Counted from the first letter of the stretch, positions 52,472 through 62,330 are shown. The stretch is 64,000 nucleotides of DNA from an uncultured Spirochaetota bacterium (GCA_963783575.1 CAWAOD010000005.1:576001-640000); one strand, 5' to 3'. Notes: a model not told the origin generated them from the sequence alone. A program made the numbers and translations.

Positions 52472-53299
52472 TTATATTGAATTGAAAATCTTGTCCAGAA
52501 TTAAATCCTGAATATTTTCAGGAATTAATTGCATTATCCGGACGGCGAACCGGTTCCTGGCGATAATATAGCGGCGTCCCGGTTTCTTTTTATTAATGAT
52601 TTTAAAAATCTGCCGGGCGGCATTCTCCGGGCTGATACCATGATTTCCACTGTCAATCATCCGTTTCGCGCCCGATTCGATGGATTTCCGGTATGATTCC
52701 CTGATTTCTGCCAAAAGACCTGATTCGGCTTTTTTCCAGGTAGAATTCCAGATGGGTGTTGCCACATTCCGGGGAGCTAAAATAACGACGGGGATTCCTG
52801 AACGGGACAATTCCCGCCGGAGAGAATTGGCATAAGATTCTGCAGCCGCTTTGGAGGCGGAATATAATGAGAAATAGGGCATAGCGATTTTCGCGGCTGT
52901 CGATGTGGTAATATAGATCCCTGCATGATTTTCCAGGCAGACCGGAATCAGAAGCCTGTTGATTTCGGCCATTCCGAAAAGGTTTACGGAGAATACTTCC
53001 CGGAACATTCTGGAAGTACAATTTTCCGCCGGTGAAATTGCCGCAATTCCGGCACAGTGGATCAGGGATTTTAATGAATATTTACCGGCCAGGCGAATTG
53101 CATGATCTGTGAAATATCTAATGGAATCAGTAGAACACAGGTCCAGCGCACAGGGAATAATTCCTTGTTGTGGGCTTGATTCCGGAGGATTCAGATATCC
53201 GGCTAATACTATTATGCCTTTCAAATTTAATAATCCCGCCAGACTTTTTCCGATTCCGGAATCACATCCGGTGAGTATGCAGAATTGTTTTCCGGTCAT
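52472..53299 (-). CDS. SDR family oxidoreductase
   Basis: TGCDSGIG, CAGI, YSASK. Confidence 0.9.
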   Translation of the reverse strand: MTGKQFCILTGCDSGIGKSLAGLLNLKGIIVLAGYLNPPESSPQQGIIPCALDLCSTDSIRYFTDHAIRLAGKYSLKSLIHCAGIAAISPAENCTSRMFREVFSVNLFGMAEINRLLIPVCLENHAGIYITTSTAAKIAMPYFSLYSASKAAAESYANSLRRELSRSGIPVVILAPRNVATPIWNSTWKKAESGLLAEIRESYRKSIESGAKRMIDSGNHGISPENAARQIFKIINKKKPGRRYIIARNRFAVRIMQLIPENIQDLILDKIFNSI

Positions 53300-53589
53300 A
53301 TTAAAAACTCCTTAAGTATAGATTAATGGGTGTTTTCCCGGCAATTCAATTACTGTTAAAAAATTATAATGAAAATATTAAAAATATACAATACCCATAT
53401 ACAAAATATTATTTTACTTTACATTTAAACTAAAATAAATAATTATAAATTTGACGGAAAAATGAATAAAGATCCTCTTCATAATCCTAAGCTGAGACAA
53501 GCATCCTTTTTTTGATTTTTTTTACAAATTTTATTATAATTATTTTCAGCTTTTAAATAAATTCAGAATAATATGGAGGTTATAAATAT

Positions 53590-54147
53590 ATGAGAAGAAG
53601 GTTAATATTGACTGGATTGATTACAATGTTCGCTTTGGCTGTTGTATTGAATGGATGTGCCAAACCGCCGTTACAAGAAAAATCAGCGGCCTCTGATGCA
53701 ATGAGTGCTGCGGTTACTGCTGGTGCTGATAAGTATGCTTTGAATGATATGGGGGCTGCTGAAAAGTTATTGGACCAAGCCGAAGCAAATATGGCTCAGA
53801 AAAAGTATACCGATGCTAAAAAAAGTTATGAGGACGCCAAAGCAGCTTTCGAAAAAGCAGCTGCTGGTGTAGATGCCGGGAAAAAAGCTATGATAGACCA
53901 AAATAATGCTGATCTTGCTACGATTGGAAAACAATGGGTGGATGTTACTACTGCTGCCAAAAAACTTGGCAAAAAGATGAAAGCCGAAGATTTAAAAGGT
54001 ATTAACGCCGATGGTAAAGTTATTGCTGATGATCTTAAAGCCGCGAAAGATTCTAATGCTAACGATCCAGCTACCGCCCTAGCCAAATTGAATGAAGTTA
54101 AGTCCTTAATTGGGAAGTGGAATACACAGGTTTCTGCAATTAAGTAA
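53590..54147 (+). CDS. Ala/Lys-rich helical lipoprotein (DUF4398-like)
   Basis: Lipobox LNGC-AKPP; AGADKYA...YTDAK; GGAGG RBS. Confidence 0.72.
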   Translation: MRRRLILTGLITMFALAVVLNGCAKPPLQEKSAASDAMSAAVTAGADKYALNDMGAAEKLLDQAEANMAQKKYTDAKKSYEDAKAAFEKAAAGVDAGKKAMIDQNNADLATIGKQWVDVTTAAKKLGKKMKAEDLKGINADGKVIADDLKAAKDSNANDPATALAKLNEVKSLIGKWNTQVSAIK

Positions 54148-54158
54148 TAAATCAAGTA

Positions 54159-54187
54159 AAGAGGCCATCGTTTTTAGATGGCCTCTT
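54159..54187 (+). terminator. Intrinsic terminator
   Basis: AAGAGGCCATC-N7-GATGGCCTCTT directly after the stop codon, T-tract downstream. Confidence 0.72.
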
Positions 54188-54658
54188 ATTAAAAATTTTT
54201 TTTTGTTTACAAATTCAAACAAATCTAATAATTCAAAGTGTCATTGTAGATATTCTTATAGCACCACCTTATTCCAGGACTTCTAATCTTCGCGAATAAC
54301 CGCTGAAGCAAATTAAACCTTTTTTACAGTAAAAATAGTTTTTTTGTGTTTACCGGAATCAAGATGATAAACAAGCAATGTCGCCGAATTGAAGTAAGTG
54401 TTAATCTTATTGCTAATAAAAAATTCTATTCCGCCGACTCAAAAAAATAGGGTTTAGTCGGTGACATTTTAGATTTTTTGATTATTGTATTTCCTCACAG
54501 TCCTTGAAGATGGACTCCTCGGGAATACAAATTTTACTTAAAGAGTACCAAAAAAGGGAGAGATCGGCATAATGCTGTATTTTCTTACATTTTATAGGGT
54601 TAAATACAATAAAAACGAGAACTTTTGACATTACGATGAAAAAGAATGGGAGTAAAAA

Positions 54659-55540
54659 ATGAAAATATTATTTTTTGTATTTGCGGCTGTTTTAATGGCA
54701 GCCTGTCAAAATCAATCCATATCAACATCATCCACATCATCCACACAGATGGCAGTACTTCCAGATTTGCCTGACGGTGTGACTGAGGTCAATGATAATG
54801 ATTGGGGAATAATGGCCGATGATGGTTATGTATTGAACCGCAATCCATGGAACATAAAAGCAGCTTCCAAGCCCTATGCGCAAAATGTCTTTAAGGGTGT
54901 TTCGAATAGCATATCTTTCTTCGGTTGGCAATGGTACTGGAACAATACCAACGATTATACGGTACTTGCATACCCAGAGGTCTTCTGTGGTTGGAGTCCG
55001 TTTGGACCGATGGGTACTAATGGCCATACCCCTGGATATCCCTATATAATTGGCGGGCATGGTTTCCAATCTACATTCGATATCACGATGGCAACCTCCC
55101 CAGTGAATGGGAAGAACACTTGGGATCTGGCATATGATATCTGGGTGCTGAATAGTGCATGTAATCCAACTAATTTCGGACGCAGTGATATCAAAGCCGA
55201 GATCATGGTCTGGCTTGACAGCCGGAATTCGCTTCTTCCTCTATGGTTAGGACAGCCAAATGATACTCTGATTGCAAACGGATGCACCTTTGATTATTAC
55301 TATTATCCAAACCAGGCTGATGGGAACGGTCCAGGAGGCACACATATTTATGCGGCATTCAGTAGTCAAACTCCGATCTATTTCTCTACAAATTTTAACT
55401 TAACCATTTTTATAACCTATTTGGTAAATCATGGCATTATTACCTCAAATGATTATATTGCAACTGTCGAGCTTGGAACTGAAGTTGTAATTGGTTCTGG
55501 ACAAACGGTTATCAAAAATTACTCTGTTATTGTTAACTAA
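54659..55540 (+). CDS. GH12-like endoglucanase lipoprotein (paralog of 40304-41191)
   Basis: Lipobox MAAC; FFGWQW, YTVLAYPEVFCG, DLAYDIW, AEIMVW, ELGTEV. Confidence 0.82.
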   Translation: MKILFFVFAAVLMAACQNQSISTSSTSSTQMAVLPDLPDGVTEVNDNDWGIMADDGYVLNRNPWNIKAASKPYAQNVFKGVSNSISFFGWQWYWNNTNDYTVLAYPEVFCGWSPFGPMGTNGHTPGYPYIIGGHGFQSTFDITMATSPVNGKNTWDLAYDIWVLNSACNPTNFGRSDIKAEIMVWLDSRNSLLPLWLGQPNDTLIANGCTFDYYYYPNQADGNGPGGTHIYAAFSSQTPIYFSTNFNLTIFITYLVNHGIITSNDYIATVELGTEVVIGSGQTVIKNYSVIVN

Positions 55541-55632
55541 TAAAACTGGGAAATATTTCTTCCGGATACTTTGTTTGGTTGGAATCTATCATTTAAAAAA
55601 AAGGCAGGAAATAATATCCAGCACTTTTTTAA

Positions 55633-56769
55633 TTACTTCCCAACAGTCTGTTTGCCGGTTATAACAAAAGCTAAAATCATAACAGCGGCTATAAAAACCA
55701 GAAATCCGATGACAATTGCCCATGTTAAAGGCCTGCCGAAATTGAAGGTCCAGCCGATGCCGAAACGTTTTTCCACAAAGAGGGCTGGGTCTTTAGGATT
55801 ATAATAATACTGCCCGAGGACCCAGAATTGATCTTCATTACGACTGATCGTTTTTTCTTTAGGGCTTTTTTTGTCTTTAATTTTGACATTGCTTCCGCCC
55901 TGTCCCGTTGTGATGGAAAGTACGATAGCCCAGACAATAATAACAAAAACAGGAATTAAAATTACAACCGTCATTAATTTTAAATTATTCATAGAAGTCA
56001 AAATAAACCACTGTACCAATCCGAACAGTATTACAAGAAGCAGTCCGCTAAACACAATGAATGCTGACCAGCGGTAACGGAAAATCCTGCTTTGTTCAAT
56101 TGAAATAACTGCTTTTGAAGGATCCAATAGCTGTTTTGATTTTTTAATCACAATAAAAATCAGAATATATACCAGTGAAATAAATAATTGTGTTCCCGGA
56201 AGGTAGAGGACACCCATTAATGATTTTTCCATCCATCCGTTAACATTACCGTTAAGGTCCCAATGCATGGGCATTCTGGGGGGCAGGGAAGGGTATAAAT
56301 AATAAGTAAAAATCAAGGTGCCGAAAATCACGACAGCATACAGAATGAACCACAGCGGAGAAACTCTGATCATCTTCGAGCGGAATGATGTATCTATTAC
56401 CACGAATTGTTTGAATTCCCGGGTATAATTTTTTTCCGCTTTCAGCTTTTTCATTTGAAAATGCTTAATTAGATAAATTACAAAAAATATTAATAGCTGA
56501 ACAACGTATGCTTCCAGAAATAAATACAGGCCCAGGTTTTCCGGAAGCTTCAAAACCGCCGGTACCATTAAAACAGTAATCACTAAACCAGCAATGACGC
56601 TCTGTAATGTATAATCCCTGCGCATTTTAGCGATTGCTTCATCATGAAAAACCTGCTCGGGAATACTTACCCCAAAGCTGTCCGTTTTCCGGATAATATA
56701 CGGCATAATGCTGAAAAATAGAACTGAAATAAATTGCATGAATAATAAAATTAATAAAGTAAATAACAT
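55633..56769 (-). CDS. DUF1648/DUF5808 membrane protein (SdpI-like)
   Basis: FGVSIP, LPPRMPMHWDLNG, YYNPKDPALFVEKRFGIGWTFNFG. Confidence 0.85.
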   Translation of the reverse strand: MLFTLLILLFMQFISVLFFSIMPYIIRKTDSFGVSIPEQVFHDEAIAKMRRDYTLQSVIAGLVITVLMVPAVLKLPENLGLYLFLEAYVVQLLIFFVIYLIKHFQMKKLKAEKNYTREFKQFVVIDTSFRSKMIRVSPLWFILYAVVIFGTLIFTYYLYPSLPPRMPMHWDLNGNVNGWMEKSLMGVLYLPGTQLFISLVYILIFIVIKKSKQLLDPSKAVISIEQSRIFRYRWSAFIVFSGLLLVILFGLVQWFILTSMNNLKLMTVVILIPVFVIIVWAIVLSITTGQGGSNVKIKDKKSPKEKTISRNEDQFWVLGQYYYNPKDPALFVEKRFGIGWTFNFGRPLTWAIVIGFLVFIAAVMILAFVITGKQTVGK

Positions 56770-56854
56770 AAACTACTCCAAATTTTTACTTGAAAATCTA
56801 ACAAAGCATTCTGCGGCCAATGCATGAAATGCTATCGAGAGCAGCAAGATTTTG

Positions 56855-57253
56855 TTAATTCAACTTACTTGATTCCTTTTGGTAATCTTGAAATATCTCA
56901 TGGCATATCTTGATAAAATCTTTTTCCTCCATATTCCGGCATACGGCTTCTGCGATAAATGGACGAAGGCTTTCTTTCAGAGTTTTCTGAAATTTTTCAT
57001 CGCTGTACGGAATGATATTCGTCTGAACCACTACTCCCTTCTGCCGGTGGACCTGGACAAAACCGTCTTGCTTCAGAAGATTATAAGCCTTATTGACTGT
57101 ATGTAGATTAATGCCCAGATCTGAAGCCATCTGGCGGATGGAAGGCATCATTTCGCCGGGTCTAAGCTCATGAGAAGCAATTGCCTGGATAACTGCCGAT
57201 CTTATCTGTAAATAAATAGGCACATCACTTTGAAAATCAATCCGGATAATCAT
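56855..57253 (-). CDS. GntR family (YtrA subfamily) regulator
   Basis: PIYLQI, LRPGEMMPSIRQMASDLGINLHTVNKAY; short C-terminus. Confidence 0.92.
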   Translation of the reverse strand: MIIRIDFQSDVPIYLQIRSAVIQAIASHELRPGEMMPSIRQMASDLGINLHTVNKAYNLLKQDGFVQVHRQKGVVVQTNIIPYSDEKFQKTLKESLRPFIAEAVCRNMEEKDFIKICHEIFQDYQKESSKLN

Positions 57254-57271
57254 GATAATCTCCTTGTCCTA

Positions 57272-57314
57272 TCTGTTATACATATAATATAACAGACAAT
57301 ATTTATAAAGTCAA
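57272..57314 (-). promoter_or_regulatory. Promoter and autoregulatory operator of the GntR operon
   Basis: Minus strand TTGACT-N17-TATATT, overlapped by the perfect inverted repeat TCTGTTATA-N7-TATAACAGA (57272-57296). Confidence 0.8.
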
Positions 57315-57529
57315 TATTAAAATAAAAATTTTAAATTCTTTTATTTTTAACGGGAAGCGGGCATTTTTAGCAGAAGAAAATGCAGACGGCTGTGTTAAAC
57401 AAGATATTTTTTCCATTTACAAATAAGTAAAAAAATCATATTTTTTGTAATATTTGTATCTTTCCGGTACGCTATCTTTGGTTGAAATTATAAAAATTCC
57501 TATCAATTAACATACCTTGGAGGTATAAA

Positions 57530-58216
57530 TTGAAAAATATTTTTAGAAAAATGATGGTCTTAAGGGTTATATTGATATCTTTTGCTCTTTTATTATCGCT
57601 TGCCCTGAATGGTGAAAATATTAAAGTCTTAGAGCAAAATGGGTCTACTAATCTTAATCCTGTTTCTTTAACAACTAAAATTGTTTTTTATACTCCAACT
57701 AATCAAAGTGTCAGCATTTATAGTGTTTATTATCATCATCACCATGATGATTTGCTCAATATGCAACCGATTTGTACCGCACCGGCGGTGCTGGAAATTT
57801 CTAACGGTATATATGATTTTAATACCGGCGGCGCGTTTTTTTCACTTAACGCAGCGGGTGGCACACAGTATTGGAAAGTCCGGAATGGAAGATCTTGGGA
57901 ACAGGGTTTCGGGCTTTGCCTTTCCTTAGGTGGGCCTATAGTGGGGGTATATGGGCTGATTGTATATGGTGTGGGTAATACCACAATAAAAAACAACGGT
58001 CCCTTAAGTGCACCTACGATTACTACTACTCATGATGCTAATATGTTGGTATTGGGTATTGTGGGTTTAGTAAGTTTGGTACCGGGCTTCATCTTGATTT
58101 ATGATGGAAGACCTTATGCTGACCTCATAAATATCAAATTTAAAGAAAAGTTTTTTATGCAGAAAATGGCTGCCGGCAAAACAGCAATGTTTACGGAACA
58201 GGCTCTTGCTGCGTAA
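57530..58216 (+). CDS. Hypothetical exported/membrane protein
   Basis: GGAGGT RBS with TTG start, signal peptide, HHHHDD, two Gly-rich hydrophobic segments. Confidence 0.6.
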   Translation: MKNIFRKMMVLRVILISFALLLSLALNGENIKVLEQNGSTNLNPVSLTTKIVFYTPTNQSVSIYSVYYHHHHDDLLNMQPICTAPAVLEISNGIYDFNTGGAFFSLNAAGGTQYWKVRNGRSWEQGFGLCLSLGGPIVGVYGLIVYGVGNTTIKNNGPLSAPTITTTHDANMLVLGIVGLVSLVPGFILIYDGRPYADLINIKFKEKFFMQKMAAGKTAMFTEQALAA

Positions 58217-58378
58217 TTGAGGACAAAAACGGTGAATACTGGCTGCTTTATCACCAAAAGGATTCGGCTGCAACTGGTTTTGATCGTTCGATTTGCTTGG
58301 CTTTGGTTTGGCGAATCCCGCATCCTGCATGGAAAAGCAACACGTAAGACTATATTGACCGGCCCGTCTGTTAAATAG
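58156..58378 (+). pseudogene. GH43-like glycoside hydrolase C-terminal fragment
   Basis: NVYGTGSCCVIEDKNGEYWLLYHQK...FDRSICL, then after a frameshift LWFGESRILHGKATR; resembles the last blade of GH43. Confidence 0.6.
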
Positions 58379-58528
58379 TGGTATTTTCTAAATTTTTTAA
58401 CGGATTTTATAGAGTATTGTTTATGAGGAAAGCATTTACCTATATCATATCCGCCAGAACGGACAACGGAACGAGCAGGGTCCATGTGCTGTCGATATAG
58501 TGTATTAATTATTTACAGCGCAATAAGA

Positions 58529-58729
58529 TTATTTATTAAACTTTATCAGGACTTTATTCCCCCAGGCTCCCGATCTCCATCGGACCAGCATGATTCCCCT
58601 GATCCATTCATCCGTAGCCATCGCAATCCATATTCCCATCAAACCGAGGCAAAGTTTGATGCCCAATAAATAAGCCCCGGCAACCCCAACAATCCACATA
58701 AATATCATGCCCATATAAACCGGCTCAAA
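58529..58729 (-). pseudogene. MATE efflux transporter C-terminal fragment
   Basis: PVYMGMIFMW...AYLLGI..LGLMGIWIAMATDEWIRG...RWRSGAW. Confidence 0.75.
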
Positions 58730-58915
58730 GCGGCAGCTTGCAGTTTTTCTTTGCAGGGACGCGTGCATACACCACTAAAAGAAGCCTTGTAAAACCTTAA
58801 GCATTTCGAATAAATAGCAGGCAGTTGGGCTTGCATAATATTACCCGGATAAATATAATATTTCAAATTCTTAGATATCTTCAATAGTAGCCAGGTGGAT
58901 ATTCATAAAATTTTA

Positions 58916-58945
58916 TTGACATGGTTAATTATCTTATTCTATAAT
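58916..58945 (+). promoter_or_regulatory. Consensus sigma70 promoter
   Basis: TTGACA-N18-TATAAT upstream of the SH3 gene. Confidence 0.65.
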
Positions 58946-59004
58946 AAAATAGAGTAAAAATACCAATATTGATTTTTAAATGCAATATTTTATTGGGGGA
59001 AAAG

Positions 59005-59751
59005 ATGAAAAAAATACTGTGTGGTCTGATTTTTGTATTTACTATCTTGATTTTTACGGGAGCCTGGGGGCGTATGCCTTTCAAAGATGGAAATACACTC
59101 TATATCCTGGCTTCTTCAGGGCTGAATATGCGCGATCAGCCGTCGAAAACCGGAAAAGCGGTTGTTTTAGTTCCTTATGGGGGTTTTATCAAATTAACGC
59201 ATACAACGCAAAAAAGTGAAGTTATTGACAACATCAGCGGAAATTGGATTGAAGCCGATTTTAACGGCAAAAAAGGTTTTCTTTTTGACGGTTATCTGAC
59301 CACTCTCAAACCGCCGGTTAAAGACGAAACTTTGGTCGTTTATGCTGACAGGCTATTCGAAAAAAGTAAATTTGAAACAGTGGAAAAAGACAAAGACGGT
59401 GAAATAACAGTTCAGCATTATAAAAACGGAGCTAAGCTGACTAAAAACTACAGCAGTATCTCGTCTATAATCGAACTTGTTGTACCGGACATTTCGATCG
59501 AAGAGGGTTTTCTGATTCTCAGGCTTGTGTCGGGGATTCAATTTGAAAAAGACCCCTATCCAAGTGAGAGCAAGCAATATAAACAAACAATTGAAGGTTT
59601 TGAATGGGATGTGGATGTGAATGTTGATAAGGATTCATCCGGGGACATTACCAATATCGGTGTCATAAAAGGACCGGGCGTTAGCCTTGGCATCAAGGTT
59701 TCTAAGGACAACCAGGGAAATGTCTTATTATCGAAAAGTTCAGTAGATTAA
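59005..59751 (+). CDS. Secreted bacterial SH3-domain protein
   Basis: Signal peptide; SGLNMRDQP...VPYG...GNW...GFLFDGYL. Confidence 0.8.
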   Translation: MKKILCGLIFVFTILIFTGAWGRMPFKDGNTLYILASSGLNMRDQPSKTGKAVVLVPYGGFIKLTHTTQKSEVIDNISGNWIEADFNGKKGFLFDGYLTTLKPPVKDETLVVYADRLFEKSKFETVEKDKDGEITVQHYKNGAKLTKNYSSISSIIELVVPDISIEEGFLILRLVSGIQFEKDPYPSESKQYKQTIEGFEWDVDVNVDKDSSGDITNIGVIKGPGVSLGIKVSKDNQGNVLLSKSSVD

Positions 59752-59884
59752 TAGTCGGGTGTTTTCTTATTGGATGCCGGTTATTGTTTTAAAAAATAGC
59801 TTTGAGTAGTTTGTCAAGAATTAGAATATATTTGAATCAGAAAACTGATTGAATCATCAGACAGGAGGCTGTTTTTAAGAAGAA

Positions 59885-60005
59885 ATGGCTGGCAGTGGAA
59901 TTGGAAATCTGAGCACTGTAAAAGCATTGATCGATAAGCATGCCGATGTCAACATAAAATACAAAGGGTATAATAACAGGACGGTTTTAATGATGGCGGC
60001 CTCCC
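59885..60005 (+). pseudogene. Ankyrin-repeat fragment
   Basis: GNLSTVKALIDKHADVNIK...TVLMMAA, then the frame runs into the antisense of the neighbouring ORF. Confidence 0.6.
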
Positions 60006-60013
60006 TCCTTGAA

Positions 60014-60769
60014 CTAGTTACGCCCATTAAAATATTTGTCTATCTCCGGAATCTTAGGCGGTTTAAAGTTAAAAGACTTATAATTAACAGTTATTTTAGT
60101 CGAGATGTTTGTCTGGATATTATACCCGATATAAAAAGGGCCGTTATAAGTAGTACTGTTTGTAGCCATATAAACATACAACACATTGCAGAATCCTGAA
60201 GGCGGGGCAGTCACTGTCTCTGTAAAATTATATGCGCCGCCCTGCGAAGGATATTCTGTCACCCCGTTGTTGGAGCAGTTATTATTATTTGAATCCCAGT
60301 AAAAAAGCGTAGAAGCGTATTCATTCGGGGCTGAATAAACGAAATCGTAATTGGAGCCGATTGTAAGATCGCCCTGAAGCGGTGACATGAGGGAAAAATC
60401 CCCTGAATAAACAGGCTCGTATTCATATGGGAAAGGATCGGGCGTAGGCGAAGAGCCGCTCGCCTGAACAAGGAATGCCGCCAGCAGGTTGGTGGGGCTT
60501 ATGCAGCTGTCCCATAACTCGACTGTTGCGTAACCAGGATTTGCGGGAAGCATTTGTATGACGGCTGATTGCCCATTCCTGGAGAAAAATGTCCGGTTAT
60601 AATATTCGTTTGTATATGTTGTCCAAGTGCATGTCCAGGGCGCCGATCCGGCCGGGAGATTGATCTGCAGTGACGCGGCGTTAATGCCGGCCTGGTAAAC
60701 TGGGGAGACAGTCCCTGAAAAAGTATATCCATCCGAAAAAAAGCGCTTGTCAGGCTGGACAGGCCAAGA
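60014..60769 (-). pseudogene. 5'-truncated secreted-protein gene, C-terminal Ig-like part (weakly resembles transglutaminase/KY-type C-termini)
   Basis: Frame is open from 60769 without a start or RBS; LMSPLQGDLTIGSNYDF. Confidence 0.4.
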
Positions 60770-60815
60770 TTATATTATCTATTACATTAATAATCATATA
60801 CTTTAATAAACGTGA

Positions 60816-60866
60816 CCTGTCTGCCGTCTACCTGCCGGAAATCCCGGCGTAGGCAGGCCAGGCAGG
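60816..60866. repeat. GC-rich imperfect hairpin (REP-like) upstream of the lipoprotein gene
   Basis: CCTGTCTG...CTACCTGCCGG-AAAT-CCCGGCGTAGGCAGG...CAGGCAGG in an AT-rich intergenic region. Confidence 0.5.
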
Positions 60867-60909
60867 CTGCTTGACCCGGTTTAATTCAATTGAAGAAATG
60901 GAGGTTATT

Positions 60910-62136
60910 ATGATTTTTAGTAAAACATTTAACAAGGCAATATTCAGTCTCATCGGTCTAGCATTAATGGCCGGTCTGACCGCCTGTGCCAACAGTCCTT
61001 CCGGGACCAGTTCCAGCAAAACTTCTTCAGGTAACTTAACCAGTTCCAGTTCAACCGGCACGGTATTAAATGGAGTTCCGGTGGATTTAAAGCTCAAGTG
61101 TGTTGGTACTAGTAACTTAAAGTTAAAATCCCTATTATTCAGGGACAGTCCGGCACCGTCGGGGCAAACCATTACAAATGGAAACGGATGCGGGCTCACG
61201 AACGGCAATGTTTTCGCTTTTACTCCGTCGTCCATGAAGTGCTCGATTGACTCTATATCGCTTTACGAAACAGTAACCACCGACAGCCAGGGCAATGCCG
61301 TCACTGCCGGTAAACAAATTACCGTTACAAACTCAACTTTTACTGTGGACATAGCTGGGGGAAGCGACTCAACTCTAATGACCTTCAGTTTCACTGTCCC
61401 GCCGGAAAATTTCGGTAGCTACCATGTGGTTAACTTTCAGTTCCACGGGCCTATACCTTATTCTGTCAGCGGAAATGTTGTGGCCAATGGTATTACTTAT
61501 AATTTTACCGATATACCGGTCACTATGAACAACGCGGGGAGGATGTTTGTGAGATCTTCACCTATTATAATCGACTCTAACAGTTCCCCCACCATTCAGG
61601 TTTACTTTGATACTGGCGACGGTGTCTATCTGACTTACAACAGCCAGGTAGCCAATTCAGGACCGGATTGCTGTCAGCTTACGAACACCAATGGTTTGGC
61701 GCTGTCGAATACTTATATCGCCATAGGAAAGAATGAAACCTTCCTGATGTACGCGGGAAACGGCCAGCCAACTGTTAATCGTTATCTGGTCCAACTGGCG
61801 GCCGGTGATAATTCATGGGGGGATCCTACAAGTTTCGGAATAAAAATGACGGTAATTCAAGATACTGACGGATCGCTTGCGGGAGTAAATTGGCAGGAAA
61901 TGTTCTTCTCAAACTATAATGATGATAATTCTCATTTTGCTATAGCGCCATTATATGCTCCTTATTGTATTAGCAACATTGACGGAAGCTGGCAGATTAT
62001 GGAGAATCCTTCCGTTCCAACAGGAATCACCGGCATAGATCTTTCTTTTCCAGCTTTTCAATTGGGAAACCATACAGGAGTTTTGCATTTACCATCTAAT
62101 ACGAACCACAACTATATCTGCACAAATATGGATTAA
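60910..62136 (+). CDS. Hypothetical Ser/Thr/Asn-rich lipoprotein
   Basis: GGAGG RBS, ATG at 60910, lipobox LTAC, S/T linker, beta-rich body. Confidence 0.75.
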   Translation: MIFSKTFNKAIFSLIGLALMAGLTACANSPSGTSSSKTSSGNLTSSSSTGTVLNGVPVDLKLKCVGTSNLKLKSLLFRDSPAPSGQTITNGNGCGLTNGNVFAFTPSSMKCSIDSISLYETVTTDSQGNAVTAGKQITVTNSTFTVDIAGGSDSTLMTFSFTVPPENFGSYHVVNFQFHGPIPYSVSGNVVANGITYNFTDIPVTMNNAGRMFVRSSPIIIDSNSSPTIQVYFDTGDGVYLTYNSQVANSGPDCCQLTNTNGLALSNTYIAIGKNETFLMYAGNGQPTVNRYLVQLAAGDNSWGDPTSFGIKMTVIQDTDGSLAGVNWQEMFFSNYNDDNSHFAIAPLYAPYCISNIDGSWQIMENPSVPTGITGIDLSFPAFQLGNHTGVLHLPSNTNHNYICTNMD

Positions 62137-62330
62137 GAATGTTTCAGGGATTACGGCTTATGTAATCCTCGCTTGGATTGGGTGAGACAAATTTGTTTTC
62201 AGGTTTTTTAGTTTTCGGACAGGAGAATTAAAGCTTGTCCCAATCAGGTGCTTCCTGTGTTTTGCAAAGAATTTCCCCTGAGGTGAGTCATGCAATCAAT
62301 TTTCATTATTCTGATCCGGCGGTCAATATT

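Noticed and set aside
54498..54516. GAAGATGGACTCCTC as a fluoride riboswitch
   Set aside because: P1 pairing is imperfect, the downstream conserved elements are missing, and the downstream gene is unrelated to fluoride.
59885..60199. 104-aa ORF as an intact ankyrin protein
   Set aside because: Only about the first 40 residues are ankyrin-like; the rest is the antisense of the neighbouring ORF.
62148..62168. GGATTAC-N7-GTAATCC as an intrinsic terminator
   Set aside because: Short stem with no adjacent U-tract.
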